Source: Gemmatimonadota bacterium (lineage in GTDB: Bacteria; Gemmatimonadota; Gemmatimonadetes; Palauibacterales; Palauibacteraceae). Taken from it: a DNA stretch of 64,000 nucleotides. Below are positions 31,759 through 41,896 of the stretch, piece after piece (within the stretch, counting starts at the first letter, position 1; every line of letters begins with the position of its first letter). Position numbers and translations under genes: made by a program. Under the pieces are notes generated by a model that saw only the letters and a list, made by a program, of their open reading frames with translations, had not been told where the DNA came from and did not search any database. The stretch spans positions 1,696,001 to 1,760,000 of the forward strand of contig OZ220691.1 in assembly GCA_965116475.1 (NCBI GenBank), written 5' to 3'.

Positions 31759-33138
31759 GTGAGACGCCTCCCAACCCCGATCCGGCCTGAGTTGCGCGTT
31801 CCCGCGGGAACGTCACCGCTCCCGAACCGTCTCCGAATTCCCCGCATCGGCCGCCTCGCGGTCGCGGCCGGGCTCGTATCCGCCGCGTGCCTGGCGGCCG
31901 CCCCTCTCGCGGCGCAGGAGGTGACGCCCGTGACGCCCATTGCCAACGGCAACGGGGCGCTTCGCGTCTTCTTCGACTGCGATGGCGGCCGCGGGATGTG
32001 CGACTTCGACTTCTACCGGCGCGAGATCCCGTACGTGAACTACACGCGCGACCGGGAGGACGCGCAGGTCCACGTCCTCATGACCTCGGAAGACACCGGC
32101 AGCGGCGGCCGACGCTTCACGCTCGACTTCATCGGGCGGGAGGAGTTCGCGGAGGTCACGGACCGGCTCGAAGTGGTGACGCGCCCCAACCTCGCCCTGG
32201 AGCAGCGGCTGACGGACGTGGCCCGGACGCTCGAACTCGGACTGCTGCGCTACATCGCCCGCACCGACCAGGCCGCCAGCATCGACATCCACTACGACGG
32301 CGCCGACCACGGCGAGATCGCGGCCAGGCCCGAGGACGACCCGTGGAACTTCTGGACCTTCCGGCTGCGCGCGAACGCGGAACTCGACGTGGACGAGCGC
32401 ACCGAATCGTACGAACTGGAGAGCGGCTTCTCGGCCGACCGGGTTACGGACGCCCTGAAGCTCGAGTTCTCCGTCGACGCGAGCTATAACCGGCGGCTGT
32501 TCGAGACCTCCGACACAACGTCCATCACGAGTATTCGGGAGAGTTGGGAAGCCGACGGGCTCAGCGTGTGGAGTCTGTCGGATCACTGGTCGGCGGGCGC
32601 CGCGTACGAGGTGGGGCATTCCAGCTTCGCGAACGAGGACCTGCAGCTCCGGGTGGGGCCGGCGCTGGAGTACAACATCTTCCCCTACGCCGAGTCGACC
32701 CGCCGTCAGTTCAACTTTCTCTACACGATCGGCCTCCGGTACCACGACTACATCGAGCAGACCGTCTTCCTGAAGGACGATGAGACGCTCCCCCACCACC
32801 GGTTCAGCGTCCGCCTCAGCGTCCGGCAGCCGTGGGGCGAATCGTACGGCTTCCTGACCTTCTCGCAGTTCCTCCACGATCCCTCGAAGAACCGCTTCAC
32901 GGCGTTCGCGGGGGCCGATTTCCGGATCTTCCGCGGCCTGTCGCTCAGGTTGAACGCGAACTACTCGCGCATCCGCGACCAGCTCAACGTGCCGGCCGGC
33001 GATGCCACGACGGAGGAGGTCCTCCTCCGCCAGCGCATCCTCCAGAGCGGCTTCGAGTACGGCGTGTCGGTGGGGTTCTCCTACACGTTCGGGTCGATCT
33101 ACTCCAACGTGGTCAACCCCCGGCTGGACCGCTTCTAG
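31759..33138 (+). CDS. Hypothetical outer-membrane beta-barrel protein
   Basis: Signal peptide ending LAAQE; amphipathic beta strands; C-terminal FGSIYSNVVNPR. Start codon uncertain. Confidence 0.7.
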   Translation: MRRLPTPIRPELRVPAGTSPLPNRLRIPRIGRLAVAAGLVSAACLAAAPLAAQEVTPVTPIANGNGALRVFFDCDGGRGMCDFDFYRREIPYVNYTRDREDAQVHVLMTSEDTGSGGRRFTLDFIGREEFAEVTDRLEVVTRPNLALEQRLTDVARTLELGLLRYIARTDQAASIDIHYDGADHGEIAARPEDDPWNFWTFRLRANAELDVDERTESYELESGFSADRVTDALKLEFSVDASYNRRLFETSDTTSITSIRESWEADGLSVWSLSDHWSAGAAYEVGHSSFANEDLQLRVGPALEYNIFPYAESTRRQFNFLYTIGLRYHDYIEQTVFLKDDETLPHHRFSVRLSVRQPWGESYGFLTFSQFLHDPSKNRFTAFAGADFRIFRGLSLRLNANYSRIRDQLNVPAGDATTEEVLLRQRILQSGFEYGVSVGFSYTFGSIYSNVVNPRLDRF

Positions 33139-33306
33139 CAGCCCGGAGGGCGAGACGGCCGGTCTTGCCGGTCGTGGTTCGATTCCTATGCTTCAAGGCA
33201 GGGTGGCCGCCGCCCGGTGAGCCTCTTGCGCGCGCCGCGCGCGTCTGCCCGCGGGGGAAGGGACGTGTGCGGGGGGGCTTCACCACCTTCAGGCGGAGGG
33301 AACGCC

Positions 33307-33714
33307 ATGAACACGAAGTGCCTCATCGCCTCGATCGCCGGCGCCGTCGTCCTCTTTCTGGGCGGCTACGTCCTGTACGAACTGCTCCTGGGCGGCTTCT
33401 TCGAAGCCAACATGGGCTCAGCCACCGGTGTGATTAAGGAGTCTCCCGAATTCCTCTGGATCGCCGTCGGCCAGCTCGCCGGCGGCGGAGTGCTCGCGAC
33501 CGCCCTGGGTTGGAAGGGCGCAACGGACATCGCGGGCGGCGCCCAGGCGGGCGCCAAGCTCGGCGCCCTCATTGCCGCGACCTTCGGGTTCGTGGCGCTG
33601 GGCGCGATGAACACCTCGACCCTCACCTCGGTCGTCGTCGACGTCGTCGTCACGGCCGTCCTGTGGGGCGCCGCCGGCGCGGTCGTCGGCATGATGCTCG
33701 GACGCGGCGACTAG
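33307..33714 (+). CDS. Four-TM membrane protein (DUF1761-like)
   Basis: RBS GGAGGG; four hydrophobic helices. Confidence 0.7.
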   Translation: MNTKCLIASIAGAVVLFLGGYVLYELLLGGFFEANMGSATGVIKESPEFLWIAVGQLAGGGVLATALGWKGATDIAGGAQAGAKLGALIAATFGFVALGAMNTSTLTSVVVDVVVTAVLWGAAGAVVGMMLGRGD

Positions 33715-33899
33715 CGTCACGAACTGCTGACCCGGCTTGACCCCTGTCGGCGGAGGGTCGGTCGCTCGGACCGGCTCCCCCCGACCGGGTGTGCCTCCAC
33801 GCGCCTCGGGGCGGCCATCTGGACAGGCCGCCCCGACCTCCTCCACGTTCTCCGGCGTTCCTTCGTCCCGTTCCTATCACGACAGCCACGAGTCTTGCC

Positions 33900-36476
33900 A
33901 TGAACTCCGCCTACCGTGCCGGTTCACGCCTCTTTCTCTCGCTGGCGGCCGCAGTGCTGCTCGCGGTACCGCTCGCCGCTCAGGAAACGGGCGAGGGCCC
34001 GGCGAACTACCGCCTCGCGGCGCGCTTTGCGCCCTACAAGATCCAGGGTCTCGTCTACTCGACCTCGGTGGACCCGCAGTGGATCGAGGGCTCCGAGTCG
34101 TTCTGGTACGAGTGGGAAACCTCGGACGGATCCTTCTACTACATCGTGGATCCGGTGGCCGGAACGAAGCGCCAGGTCTTCGACAACGACCGGATCGCGG
34201 CCGAGCTGACCCGCATCACGCGCGACCCCTGGGACGGCCAGCACCTCCCGATCCGCGCGATCAAGTTCATTGACGCGAACACGCTCCAGTTCGAGGTCGA
34301 GTCTTCGCAGGACGAGGAGGAAGACGAGACGGAGTCCGAAATGGAGGAACTGGAGGAACTGGACGAGGAAGAGGAGGAGGGCGAACGGCAGCGCCAGCGC
34401 GCCCGCAAGAAAGTGTTCCACTTCGAGTACGACGTGAACACGCGGATGCTGCGCGAACTCGAGGACTGGGAGGCGCCCGACAATCACCCGTCCTGGGCCA
34501 GCGTGTCGCCGGACGGACAGACGGTGATCTTCGCCCGCCACCACAACCTCCACATGATGAGCGGGGACGATTACCAGCAGTTCCTCGAGGCCCGGCGCGG
34601 GAAGAGCGGGGACGAGGCGGACGAGGCCGAGGAGGGGATCGAGGCCGAGGAGACGCAGCTCACGACGGACGGGGAGGAGCACTACAGCTACGCGGTGTTC
34701 GAGCGCGGGGACACGGACATCGAGCGCGAGGAGAACGCGGACGGGCGGAAGCGGGTGTCGATCTCGTGGTCGCAAGACTCGCGCCGCTTCTCGCTGATCC
34801 GCCGCGACCGGCGCGAGGTGGGGAACCTCTGGGTCATCCACATGGTCGGCAACGAGCGGCCCGAACTCGAGTCCTACAAGTACGACATGCCGGGCGAAGA
34901 GACCGTGAGCCAGCCCGAGCTGCTCATCTACGACCTCCAGGACCGGAACATGGTCGAGGTCGCGATGCCGGAGGAGTGGAAGGACCACCGCCTGTTCACG
35001 ACGTCCGCGCGCCAGTTCCGCTATCCGGACAGCGAAGAGCCGTTCCGCTCGCTGTGGCTCTCACCCGGCTCGGACGAACTTCACTTCGTGAGGCAGAGCC
35101 GCGACCAGCACCGCGTCGACGTGATGGTGGCGGACGCCGCGACGGGCACGGCGCGCGTGCTGTTCGAGGAACGGCTCAACACCTACGTGGAGTTCCAGCG
35201 GCTTGAACGCCTCGAGTCGGGCGACATGCTCTGGTGGTCGGAGCGGGACGGCTGGGCGCACCTGTACCGCTTCGGGCCGGACGGCACGCTCCGCAACCGC
35301 CTCACCGAGGGTCCGTGGTCGGTGCGCCAAGTGGTCGGGATCGACGAGGCGGCCGGCGTCGTCTACTTCCAGGCCAACGCGCGCGAGGCGGGCGAGGATC
35401 CCTACTACCAGCACCTCTACCGCGTGAACCTCGACGGCTCCGGGCTGGCTCTCCTGAACCCCGGCGCCTTCGATCACCGGGTCGAGATGGGGGAGTCGAA
35501 CCGCTTCTTCGTCAGCAACTACTCGCGCGTCAACACGACGCCGACCGCCGCGCTCCACGCGGCCAACGGCCGCCGGATCATGGACCTCGAGACCGCCGAC
35601 TTCTCGAAGCTGGAGGAGGCGGGGTACGGATTCCCCGAGCCCTACACCGTGAAGGCGGACGACGGAGTCACGGACCTGTACGGCGTGATCTACAAGCCGT
35701 TCGACTTCGACTCGGAGAAGACGTATCCGATCGTCGCCTACGTGTACCCGGGGCCGCAGACGGAGGCCGTGGCGAAATCGTTCTCGACGGCGCGCTACGA
35801 GACGGCGCTGGCCCAGTTCGGGATGATCGTGATCACGGTGGGGAACCGCGGCGGCCATCCGGCCCGCTCGAAGTGGTACCACAACTACGGGTACGGGAAC
35901 CTCCGCGACTACGGGCTGGCGGACAAGAAGACCGCGATCGAGCAACTCGCCGACCGGCACGACTTCATCGACATCGACCGCGTGGGCATCTACGGGCACT
36001 CCGGGGGCGGGTTCATGTCGACGGCGGCGATGCTCGTCTACCCGGATTTCTTCAAGGTCGCGGTCTCATCCTCCGGGAACCACAACAACGACGTCTACAA
36101 CCAGAACTGGTCCGAGAAACACCACGGCGTGCGTGAGGTCGTGGACGACAGCGGGAACGTCACGTTCGAGTACGAGATCGAGCGCAACTCCGACTTGGCC
36201 GCGAACCTGAAGGGGCGCCTGCTCCTTACGACAGGGGACATCGACAACAACGTCCACCACGCCGGCACGCACCGCATGGCGGAGGCGCTGATCCGGGCCA
36301 ACAAGCGCTTCGACTACTTCGTCTTCCCCGGCCAGCGGCACGGCTACGGGGACATGAGCGACTACTGGTTCTGGCTGCGCGCGGAGTACTTCGTGAAGCA
36401 CCTGCTGGGCGACACGCGCTGGAGCCCGGACATCACGCAGCTGAACGTGGAGCGGGAGCAGACGGGCGGCCGCTGA
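33900..36476 (+). CDS. S9B dipeptidyl-peptidase IV-like serine peptidase
   Basis: Signal peptide; SERDGWAHLY; YVYPGPQ; nucleophile GHSGGG; GDIDNNVH; QRHGY. Confidence 0.92.
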   Translation: MNSAYRAGSRLFLSLAAAVLLAVPLAAQETGEGPANYRLAARFAPYKIQGLVYSTSVDPQWIEGSESFWYEWETSDGSFYYIVDPVAGTKRQVFDNDRIAAELTRITRDPWDGQHLPIRAIKFIDANTLQFEVESSQDEEEDETESEMEELEELDEEEEEGERQRQRARKKVFHFEYDVNTRMLRELEDWEAPDNHPSWASVSPDGQTVIFARHHNLHMMSGDDYQQFLEARRGKSGDEADEAEEGIEAEETQLTTDGEEHYSYAVFERGDTDIEREENADGRKRVSISWSQDSRRFSLIRRDRREVGNLWVIHMVGNERPELESYKYDMPGEETVSQPELLIYDLQDRNMVEVAMPEEWKDHRLFTTSARQFRYPDSEEPFRSLWLSPGSDELHFVRQSRDQHRVDVMVADAATGTARVLFEERLNTYVEFQRLERLESGDMLWWSERDGWAHLYRFGPDGTLRNRLTEGPWSVRQVVGIDEAAGVVYFQANAREAGEDPYYQHLYRVNLDGSGLALLNPGAFDHRVEMGESNRFFVSNYSRVNTTPTAALHAANGRRIMDLETADFSKLEEAGYGFPEPYTVKADDGVTDLYGVIYKPFDFDSEKTYPIVAYVYPGPQTEAVAKSFSTARYETALAQFGMIVITVGNRGGHPARSKWYHNYGYGNLRDYGLADKKTAIEQLADRHDFIDIDRVGIYGHSGGGFMSTAAMLVYPDFFKVAVSSSGNHNNDVYNQNWSEKHHGVREVVDDSGNVTFEYEIERNSDLAANLKGRLLLTTGDIDNNVHHAGTHRMAEALIRANKRFDYFVFPGQRHGYGDMSDYWFWLRAEYFVKHLLGDTRWSPDITQLNVEREQTGGR

Positions 36477-36539
36477 CCGGGCCGCCCGCCGCTCCCTGGT
36501 GCCCGGCTCGGGAGGCCGGGCGCGCTGCGGTTACTGCGG

Positions 36540-39296
36540 TTACGGGACGAGCTTGTTGGCGAAGTCGCCGCCCCGGATGATCGTCAGCTTCGTCGGGTCG
36601 ATGTGGCGCCGCATCGCATCCACGACGTCACCCGCCGTCAGCGCCTCGATCGCCGCCTCCTGCTCTGCGGTGAAGAAGAGCGGACGGTCCAGGAACAGGC
36701 TGTTCGACAGCATGTTCGCGATGACGGCGTCGTTCGCGCGGCCGTTCTGCTGCTGGTCCAGGTAGCCCCGCTTGGCGGCCTCAAACTCCTCCGGCGCGAA
36801 ACCATCGGCGAGGGTGGTCTCGAGGACGTCCTCGAACGAGGCGACCACCTTGTCCGCGTTCTCCGGCGCGAAGATCGCGAGCGCCAGGAACTGCGCGGCG
36901 TCATCGATCGGGGGCGCACCGTAGTTTGAACTCACGCCGTACGACAGGCCTTCCTCCCCCCGGATCCTGCTGAACAGGCGGGAGTTCATGCCGCCGCCCA
37001 GGATGTGGTTGCCGAGGAGGAGCGCCGGGTAGTCGGGGTGGTCGTCGCGCATCTGAATCGCGAGTCCGGCGAACATCATGGCGTTCGCCTTGTCCGGCGT
37101 CTCGATGTCGAGGGTCAGCGGCGCGATCTCGCGGTACTGGACCGGTACGCGGGCGTAGGCTTCGCTCGCGGTCCAGTCACCGAACAGTTCCTCGATCAGT
37201 GCACGCATCTCCGCGGCGTCGAAATCGCCGACCACGGACATGGTGCCGCCCTGTGCCCCGTAGAAGCCCTGCCAGAAGGCGCGCGCGTCGTCCACCGTCG
37301 CGGCCTCGAGGCGCTCGATCTGCTCCTCGAAGGTCGGCGAGTAACGGGGATGATCCGCCGGATAGTCGCCGAAGTGACGCTGGAAGGCCTGCACGACCAG
37401 GGCCTGCGGTTCCGACATCTGCGACTCGATGGCGGCGAGACGCTCCTCGCGCAGCAGTTCGAACTCCGCCGCGTCGAAGGCGGGCTGCCGGAGGATCTCG
37501 GCGCCGAGCCGGAGGACGGCCGGGACATTCTCCCGCACGGTGGTGAACGACCCGCTCGCCGTGGTGGCGCTCCCGTTGACTAAGCCCTGGGCCTTCAGGC
37601 GATCGAGCTCGTCGGAGATCTCCTGGCGCGAGCGGTTCTCCGTCCCCCGCATCAGCATGGCGCCGGCGAGGGAGCCCGCGGTCGCCTTCCCCATGAGGGC
37701 GCCCTCCGTGCCATGCCGCAGCGTGAAGCGCACGTTCACGGCATCGCCGCGGTTCTCCTTCGCGAGGAAGGCGACCTTGAGCCCGTTGGGCAGTTCGAAC
37801 CGCTCCGTCCGGGCCTCGATGTTCTCGATCGTGGGATCGAACGCCTCGCCTTCGGCGACCGCCTCGCGCCCCGTGTACGAGGCCACCAGCGCACCGACAT
37901 CCGGCGGCGCGGGGATCTCGGCGCGGGCCGGCGTCGCATCCGTCGGGTAGTAGTAGCCGATCGTCCGATTCGACGGTTTGAGGTAAGCCTGTGCGACCTG
38001 GTGGACCGCTTCCGGCGTCACCCGCTCCAGGCGGTCCCGGTGCAGGAAGAAGAGGCGCCAGTCGCCCATCGACGCCCATTCGCTGAGCTGCAGGGCGATC
38101 CCCTGAGGGTTGTTGAACGAGAGTTCGATGCCCGAGAGGAAGTCCGTCTTCGCCCGGTCGACCTCCTCCTCCGTGGGAGGTTCGTCGACGAGCGCCTGGA
38201 TCGTGGCGAGCATGACGTCGGCGGCTTCGTCGAGCGAGTCGCCCTCGCGCACCTCCGTGCCGGCGAACAGGAGGCCCGGCTCGCGCAACTGGAAGTTGCC
38301 GGCGAACGCGTTGGCGGCCAGGCCCGGCTCGACGAGCGCCTGGTAGAGGCGCCCGGCCGGACGCGTCGTGAGGATGTGCGTCATCACGTCGACGGCGGCG
38401 AAGTGCTCGTGAGAGCCCGGCGGCATGTGATAGGCCGCCATCGCGAATTGGACGTCACCGACGCGCCGCAGGGTGACCGTGCGCTCGCCGTCCTGGGCTG
38501 GTTCGGCCGTGTACGTCTCGAACAGCTGGTTCGCCCCGGTGCGCTCCGGCCGCGGGAGGGGACCGAACTTCTCGGCCACCAGTTCGAGCGCCCGCTCCGG
38601 CTCGAAGCGCCCGGCGACGACGAGGATCGCGTTGTCCGGCTGGTAGTACTTCCGGTAGAAGGCCTGCAGCCGGTCGATGGGCACGTTCTCGATGTCCGCG
38701 CGCGCGCCGATGGTGGAGTTGCCGTAGTTGTGCCAGTCGTAGGCCGCGGACAGGACGCGCTTCTGGAGTACGCCCCGGGGGCTGTTCTCCCCCGCCTCCC
38801 ACTCGTTCCGCACGACCGTCATCTCCGAATCGAGATCCTCTTGGGCGATGAACGAGTTCACCATTCGGTCGGCCTCGAGGTCGAGCGCCCACTCGAGGTT
38901 CTCGTCGGTGGCCGGGAACGTCTCGAAGTAGTTCGTGCGGTCGAACCACGTCGTGCCGTTCGGGAAGGCGCCGTGCTCGTCCAGTTCCTTCGGGATGTCC
39001 GGGTGGTTCGGGGTCCCCTTGAACACCAGGTGCTCGAGGAGGTGGGCCATGCCCGTTTCGCCGTACCCTTCGTGTCTCGAGCCGACGAGATAGGTGATGT
39101 TCACCGTGATGCGCTGGTTGCTCTGGTCGGGGAAGAGCAGGAAGCGCAGCCCGTTCTCGAGCCGATACTCCGTAATCCCCTCGACGCTGGCGACCTCGGT
39201 GACGCCCGCGGGAAGCTGGGCCTCAACCGCAACCGGTGCGGCCAGCGTGGATACGAACCCCGCCACCGCCGCCGCAAACCTGCCTGTCTTACTCAT
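36540..39296 (-). CDS. M16 (pitrilysin/PqqL-like) zinc protease, two-module
   Basis: Signal peptide; inverted zinc motif HLLEH, NGTTWFDRTNY; C-terminal RLFSRIR...GLSY. Confidence 0.92.
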   Translation of the reverse strand: MSKTGRFAAAVAGFVSTLAAPVAVEAQLPAGVTEVASVEGITEYRLENGLRFLLFPDQSNQRITVNITYLVGSRHEGYGETGMAHLLEHLVFKGTPNHPDIPKELDEHGAFPNGTTWFDRTNYFETFPATDENLEWALDLEADRMVNSFIAQEDLDSEMTVVRNEWEAGENSPRGVLQKRVLSAAYDWHNYGNSTIGARADIENVPIDRLQAFYRKYYQPDNAILVVAGRFEPERALELVAEKFGPLPRPERTGANQLFETYTAEPAQDGERTVTLRRVGDVQFAMAAYHMPPGSHEHFAAVDVMTHILTTRPAGRLYQALVEPGLAANAFAGNFQLREPGLLFAGTEVREGDSLDEAADVMLATIQALVDEPPTEEEVDRAKTDFLSGIELSFNNPQGIALQLSEWASMGDWRLFFLHRDRLERVTPEAVHQVAQAYLKPSNRTIGYYYPTDATPARAEIPAPPDVGALVASYTGREAVAEGEAFDPTIENIEARTERFELPNGLKVAFLAKENRGDAVNVRFTLRHGTEGALMGKATAGSLAGAMLMRGTENRSRQEISDELDRLKAQGLVNGSATTASGSFTTVRENVPAVLRLGAEILRQPAFDAAEFELLREERLAAIESQMSEPQALVVQAFQRHFGDYPADHPRYSPTFEEQIERLEAATVDDARAFWQGFYGAQGGTMSVVGDFDAAEMRALIEELFGDWTASEAYARVPVQYREIAPLTLDIETPDKANAMMFAGLAIQMRDDHPDYPALLLGNHILGGGMNSRLFSRIRGEEGLSYGVSSNYGAPPIDDAAQFLALAIFAPENADKVVASFEDVLETTLADGFAPEEFEAAKRGYLDQQQNGRANDAVIANMLSNSLFLDRPLFFTAEQEAAIEALTAGDVVDAMRRHIDPTKLTIIRGGDFANKLVP

Positions 39297-39307
39297 CTCT
39301 TTCTCCA

Positions 39308-40561
39308 TCACATGTTGTCGATCATGGCCCGGCCGAACTCGCTGCACCTGAGGAGCGTCGCGCCCTCCATCAGACGCTCGAAATCATACGTCACGCGCTT
39401 CTCGCTTATGGTGGCGCTCAGGGAGGATACAATAAGGTCTGCGGCTTCGTTCCACCCCAGGTGCCGCAGCAGCATCTCCCCGGACAGGATGACGGATCCC
39501 GGGTTCACCTTGTCCTGTCCCGCATACTTCGGTGCGGTGCCGTGCGTCGCCTCGAAGATCGCGTGACCCGTCTCGTAGTTGATGTTCGCGCCGGGGGCGA
39601 TGCCGATCCCGCCCACCTGCGCGGCGAGCGCGTCCGAGATGTAGTCCCCGTTCAGATTCATCGTCGCGATCACATCGTACTCCGCGGGCCGCGTCAGGAT
39701 CTGCTGCAGAAACGCGTCGGCGATCACGTCCTTGACGACGATGCCATCGGAGGTCCTGCACCAGGGACCACCGCCGAACTCCTGTGCCCCGAACTCGTCC
39801 TTCGCGAGCTCGTAGCCCCAGTCGCGGAAACCGCCCTCGGTGAACTTCATGATGTTCCCCTTGTGGACCAGCGTGACGCTATCGCATCCGCGGTCGCGGG
39901 CGTACCGGATCGCAGCGCGGACGAGTCGCCGCGTCCCTTCCCGCGAGATCGGCTTCACGCCGAAGGAACTGGTCTCCGGGAAACGGATCGTCGACACGCC
40001 CATCTCGTCGCAGAGGAAGGCGCGCAGCCGGCGGGCCTCCTCGCTCCCGGCCTCCCACTCGATGCCCGCGTAGATGTCCTCGGTGTTCTCGCGGAAGATC
40101 GTCATGTCCACGAGGTCCGGCTGGCGAACCGGCGACGGGACGCCCTCGAACCAGCGCACCGGCCGGACGCACGCGAACAGGTCGAGCTTCTGGCGCAGCG
40201 CCACGTTGAGCGACCGGATCCCTCCGCCAACCGGCGTCGTGAGGGGCCCCTTGATCGCGACGCGGTGATGCCGGATGGCGCGGAGCGTGTCGGCGGGGAG
40301 CCAGTCCCCGGTGCGATCGAACGCCTTCTGGCCCGCGAGCACCTCGAACCACGCGATTCGCCGCTCGCCGCCGTAGGCCTTCTCGACGGCCGCTTCGAGA
40401 ACCGCGCTCGCCGCGCGCCAGATGTCGGGACCGATCCCGTCGCCTTCGATGAAGGGGATGATCGGACGGTCGGGCACGTCGAGGCGGTCGCCCGCCATGC
40501 GGATCGTGTCCCCGCCGGAGGGCGTGCGCAGGGTGTCGTATGCAGGAGCCGCGTCGGACAT
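39308..40561 (-). CDS. icd: NADP-dependent isocitrate dehydrogenase
   Basis: [60 protein letters not shown]. Confidence 0.97.
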   Translation of the reverse strand: MSDAAPAYDTLRTPSGGDTIRMAGDRLDVPDRPIIPFIEGDGIGPDIWRAASAVLEAAVEKAYGGERRIAWFEVLAGQKAFDRTGDWLPADTLRAIRHHRVAIKGPLTTPVGGGIRSLNVALRQKLDLFACVRPVRWFEGVPSPVRQPDLVDMTIFRENTEDIYAGIEWEAGSEEARRLRAFLCDEMGVSTIRFPETSSFGVKPISREGTRRLVRAAIRYARDRGCDSVTLVHKGNIMKFTEGGFRDWGYELAKDEFGAQEFGGGPWCRTSDGIVVKDVIADAFLQQILTRPAEYDVIATMNLNGDYISDALAAQVGGIGIAPGANINYETGHAIFEATHGTAPKYAGQDKVNPGSVILSGEMLLRHLGWNEAADLIVSSLSATISEKRVTYDFERLMEGATLLRCSEFGRAMIDNM

Positions 40562-40626
40562 GGGGATTTCTCGAATGGTTCGGGGATCTTCCTTCGCCCA
40601 CCGGGGATCGGCGGCGGCGGGAGGGG

Positions 40627-40693
40627 AGATTACGCCCCCCCTTCACCGCTGACAAACGCCACGGCGTGTATACATCAACATCGAATGTATACA
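40627..40693 (-). promoter_or_regulatory. icd sigma70-type promoter with two upstream TGTATACA palindromes
   Basis: Minus strand TTGTCA(40655-40650)-N17-TAATCT(40632-40627); TGTATACA at 40667-40674 and 40686-40693. Confidence 0.55.
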
Positions 40694-40714
40694 ATCCATG
40701 CACACCGTTACCGA

Positions 40715-41737
40715 TCAGTGGCTTATGGGCACGATCTGCAGGCCCAGCACGAAGGTCAGATCGGTTTCGAGTTGAGGACCATCGAGGTCGCGAACGAGGG
40801 GCAGGAGCACCTCGCCGGCGATCCGAAAGGCTTTGGCCCGGGGGATGTAGAGATTGAGGCTGAACCCTCCCTCGACCACGGTGCCTGCTCGGAGGTCGGT
40901 GCGGGCCGTGGGCACCATTTGGGGGTTTACGCTGGGCGCGGCGTCCCTTCCGTCGATGTTCCCGGCCCGGGTCGCGACCACCCGCACGCCCGCCGCGACG
41001 TTGCGCGCCAGCTGCCGCGCCCACCACGCGGTTCCCTGTATCCGGTCGCCGAGCGCCCAATCGCGGTCGTTCATGCCCATGCGCATCACGGCATTCCCCT
41101 GGGCTCCCCAGGACCAGTCGCCCGCCTGGCCCAGCCAGGTGAGGCCGGGACGCAGATCGAACGTGCCGGAGCCGATCTGCATGGGATAGGGGAGCTGGAC
41201 CTCCATCCCCTGACTGATGGGGAGGACACCCTGCTCCTCGATCGATCCGGTCGGCAGGCCGACCATCGCGTTCAGATGGAGCGACTGGTTCGCCCAGTCG
41301 GCCAGGCCGATCATGGCGCCCACCTTGACGTCGCCCACGCCGCCCGATTCGGTCGTGAACGACCCGCCGGCGCGCGTGATGTGGTCCATCGAACTGGACA
41401 CGAAGGGGAGCATCGCCATGAAGGTGATGCGATCGGAGGGCGCGAACATGGCCCCGAACATGTGCATCGTCATGGGCATGCGGGTCGGCGTGATCATGAA
41501 CCGCCCGCCCGGAGAAACGATGTCCGCGTCGGTGATCGGATCCGTGCCGACGCGGCTTCCCTCCATGGTCATCGTCATGTAGCGGTAGGAGAGCATCACC
41601 TCGCCCGCCTCGTGTCGGTGGTCGGCCATGACTCCGATGGGGGCGTGGCTGTCCGCGCGCGAGGCGTTCCACTGCGCGGCGACGGGTGCGGCAAGGGCCA
41701 GCAGCGCACATGCGCCGAGTATCGTGCATTTCTTCAA
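40715..41737 (-). CDS. Met/His-rich outer-membrane transporter/porin-like protein (likely metal uptake)
   Basis: TTG start with SD GAGGAG; signal peptide; RADSHAPIGVMADHRH, MPMTMHMFGAM, GDVK, PTGSI, LPYPMQIGSGTFD. Confidence 0.75.
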   Translation of the reverse strand: MKKCTILGACALLALAAPVAAQWNASRADSHAPIGVMADHRHEAGEVMLSYRYMTMTMEGSRVGTDPITDADIVSPGGRFMITPTRMPMTMHMFGAMFAPSDRITFMAMLPFVSSSMDHITRAGGSFTTESGGVGDVKVGAMIGLADWANQSLHLNAMVGLPTGSIEEQGVLPISQGMEVQLPYPMQIGSGTFDLRPGLTWLGQAGDWSWGAQGNAVMRMGMNDRDWALGDRIQGTAWWARQLARNVAAGVRVVATRAGNIDGRDAAPSVNPQMVPTARTDLRAGTVVEGGFSLNLYIPRAKAFRIAGEVLLPLVRDLDGPQLETDLTFVLGLQIVPISH

Positions 41738-41742
41738 GGTTC

Positions 41743-41896
41743 GACTCCTCGTTCGGTAAGGATGCGCCGCCCGTCGATGCCGAGCGCCAACGGGCGCCGG
41801 GATCGATTCGGTAACGGACACGAGCACGCGTATGGACCTTCGTGGCCGACGCGGTTCGCGCCCTGGACGACTTGTACGGGCTAGTGTCGAGGAGTC
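41743..41896 (-). promoter_or_regulatory. Anti-SD/SD long-range pairing between the uORF stop and the transporter RBS
   Basis: mRNA GACUCCUCG (41896-41888, overlapping the UGA) is the exact reverse complement of CGAGGAGUC (41751-41743, the SD). Confidence 0.65.

Noticed and set aside
33740..33790. GC-rich imperfect hairpin as a REP element or riboswitch
   Set aside because: No second copy or recognisable riboswitch consensus seen in the window.
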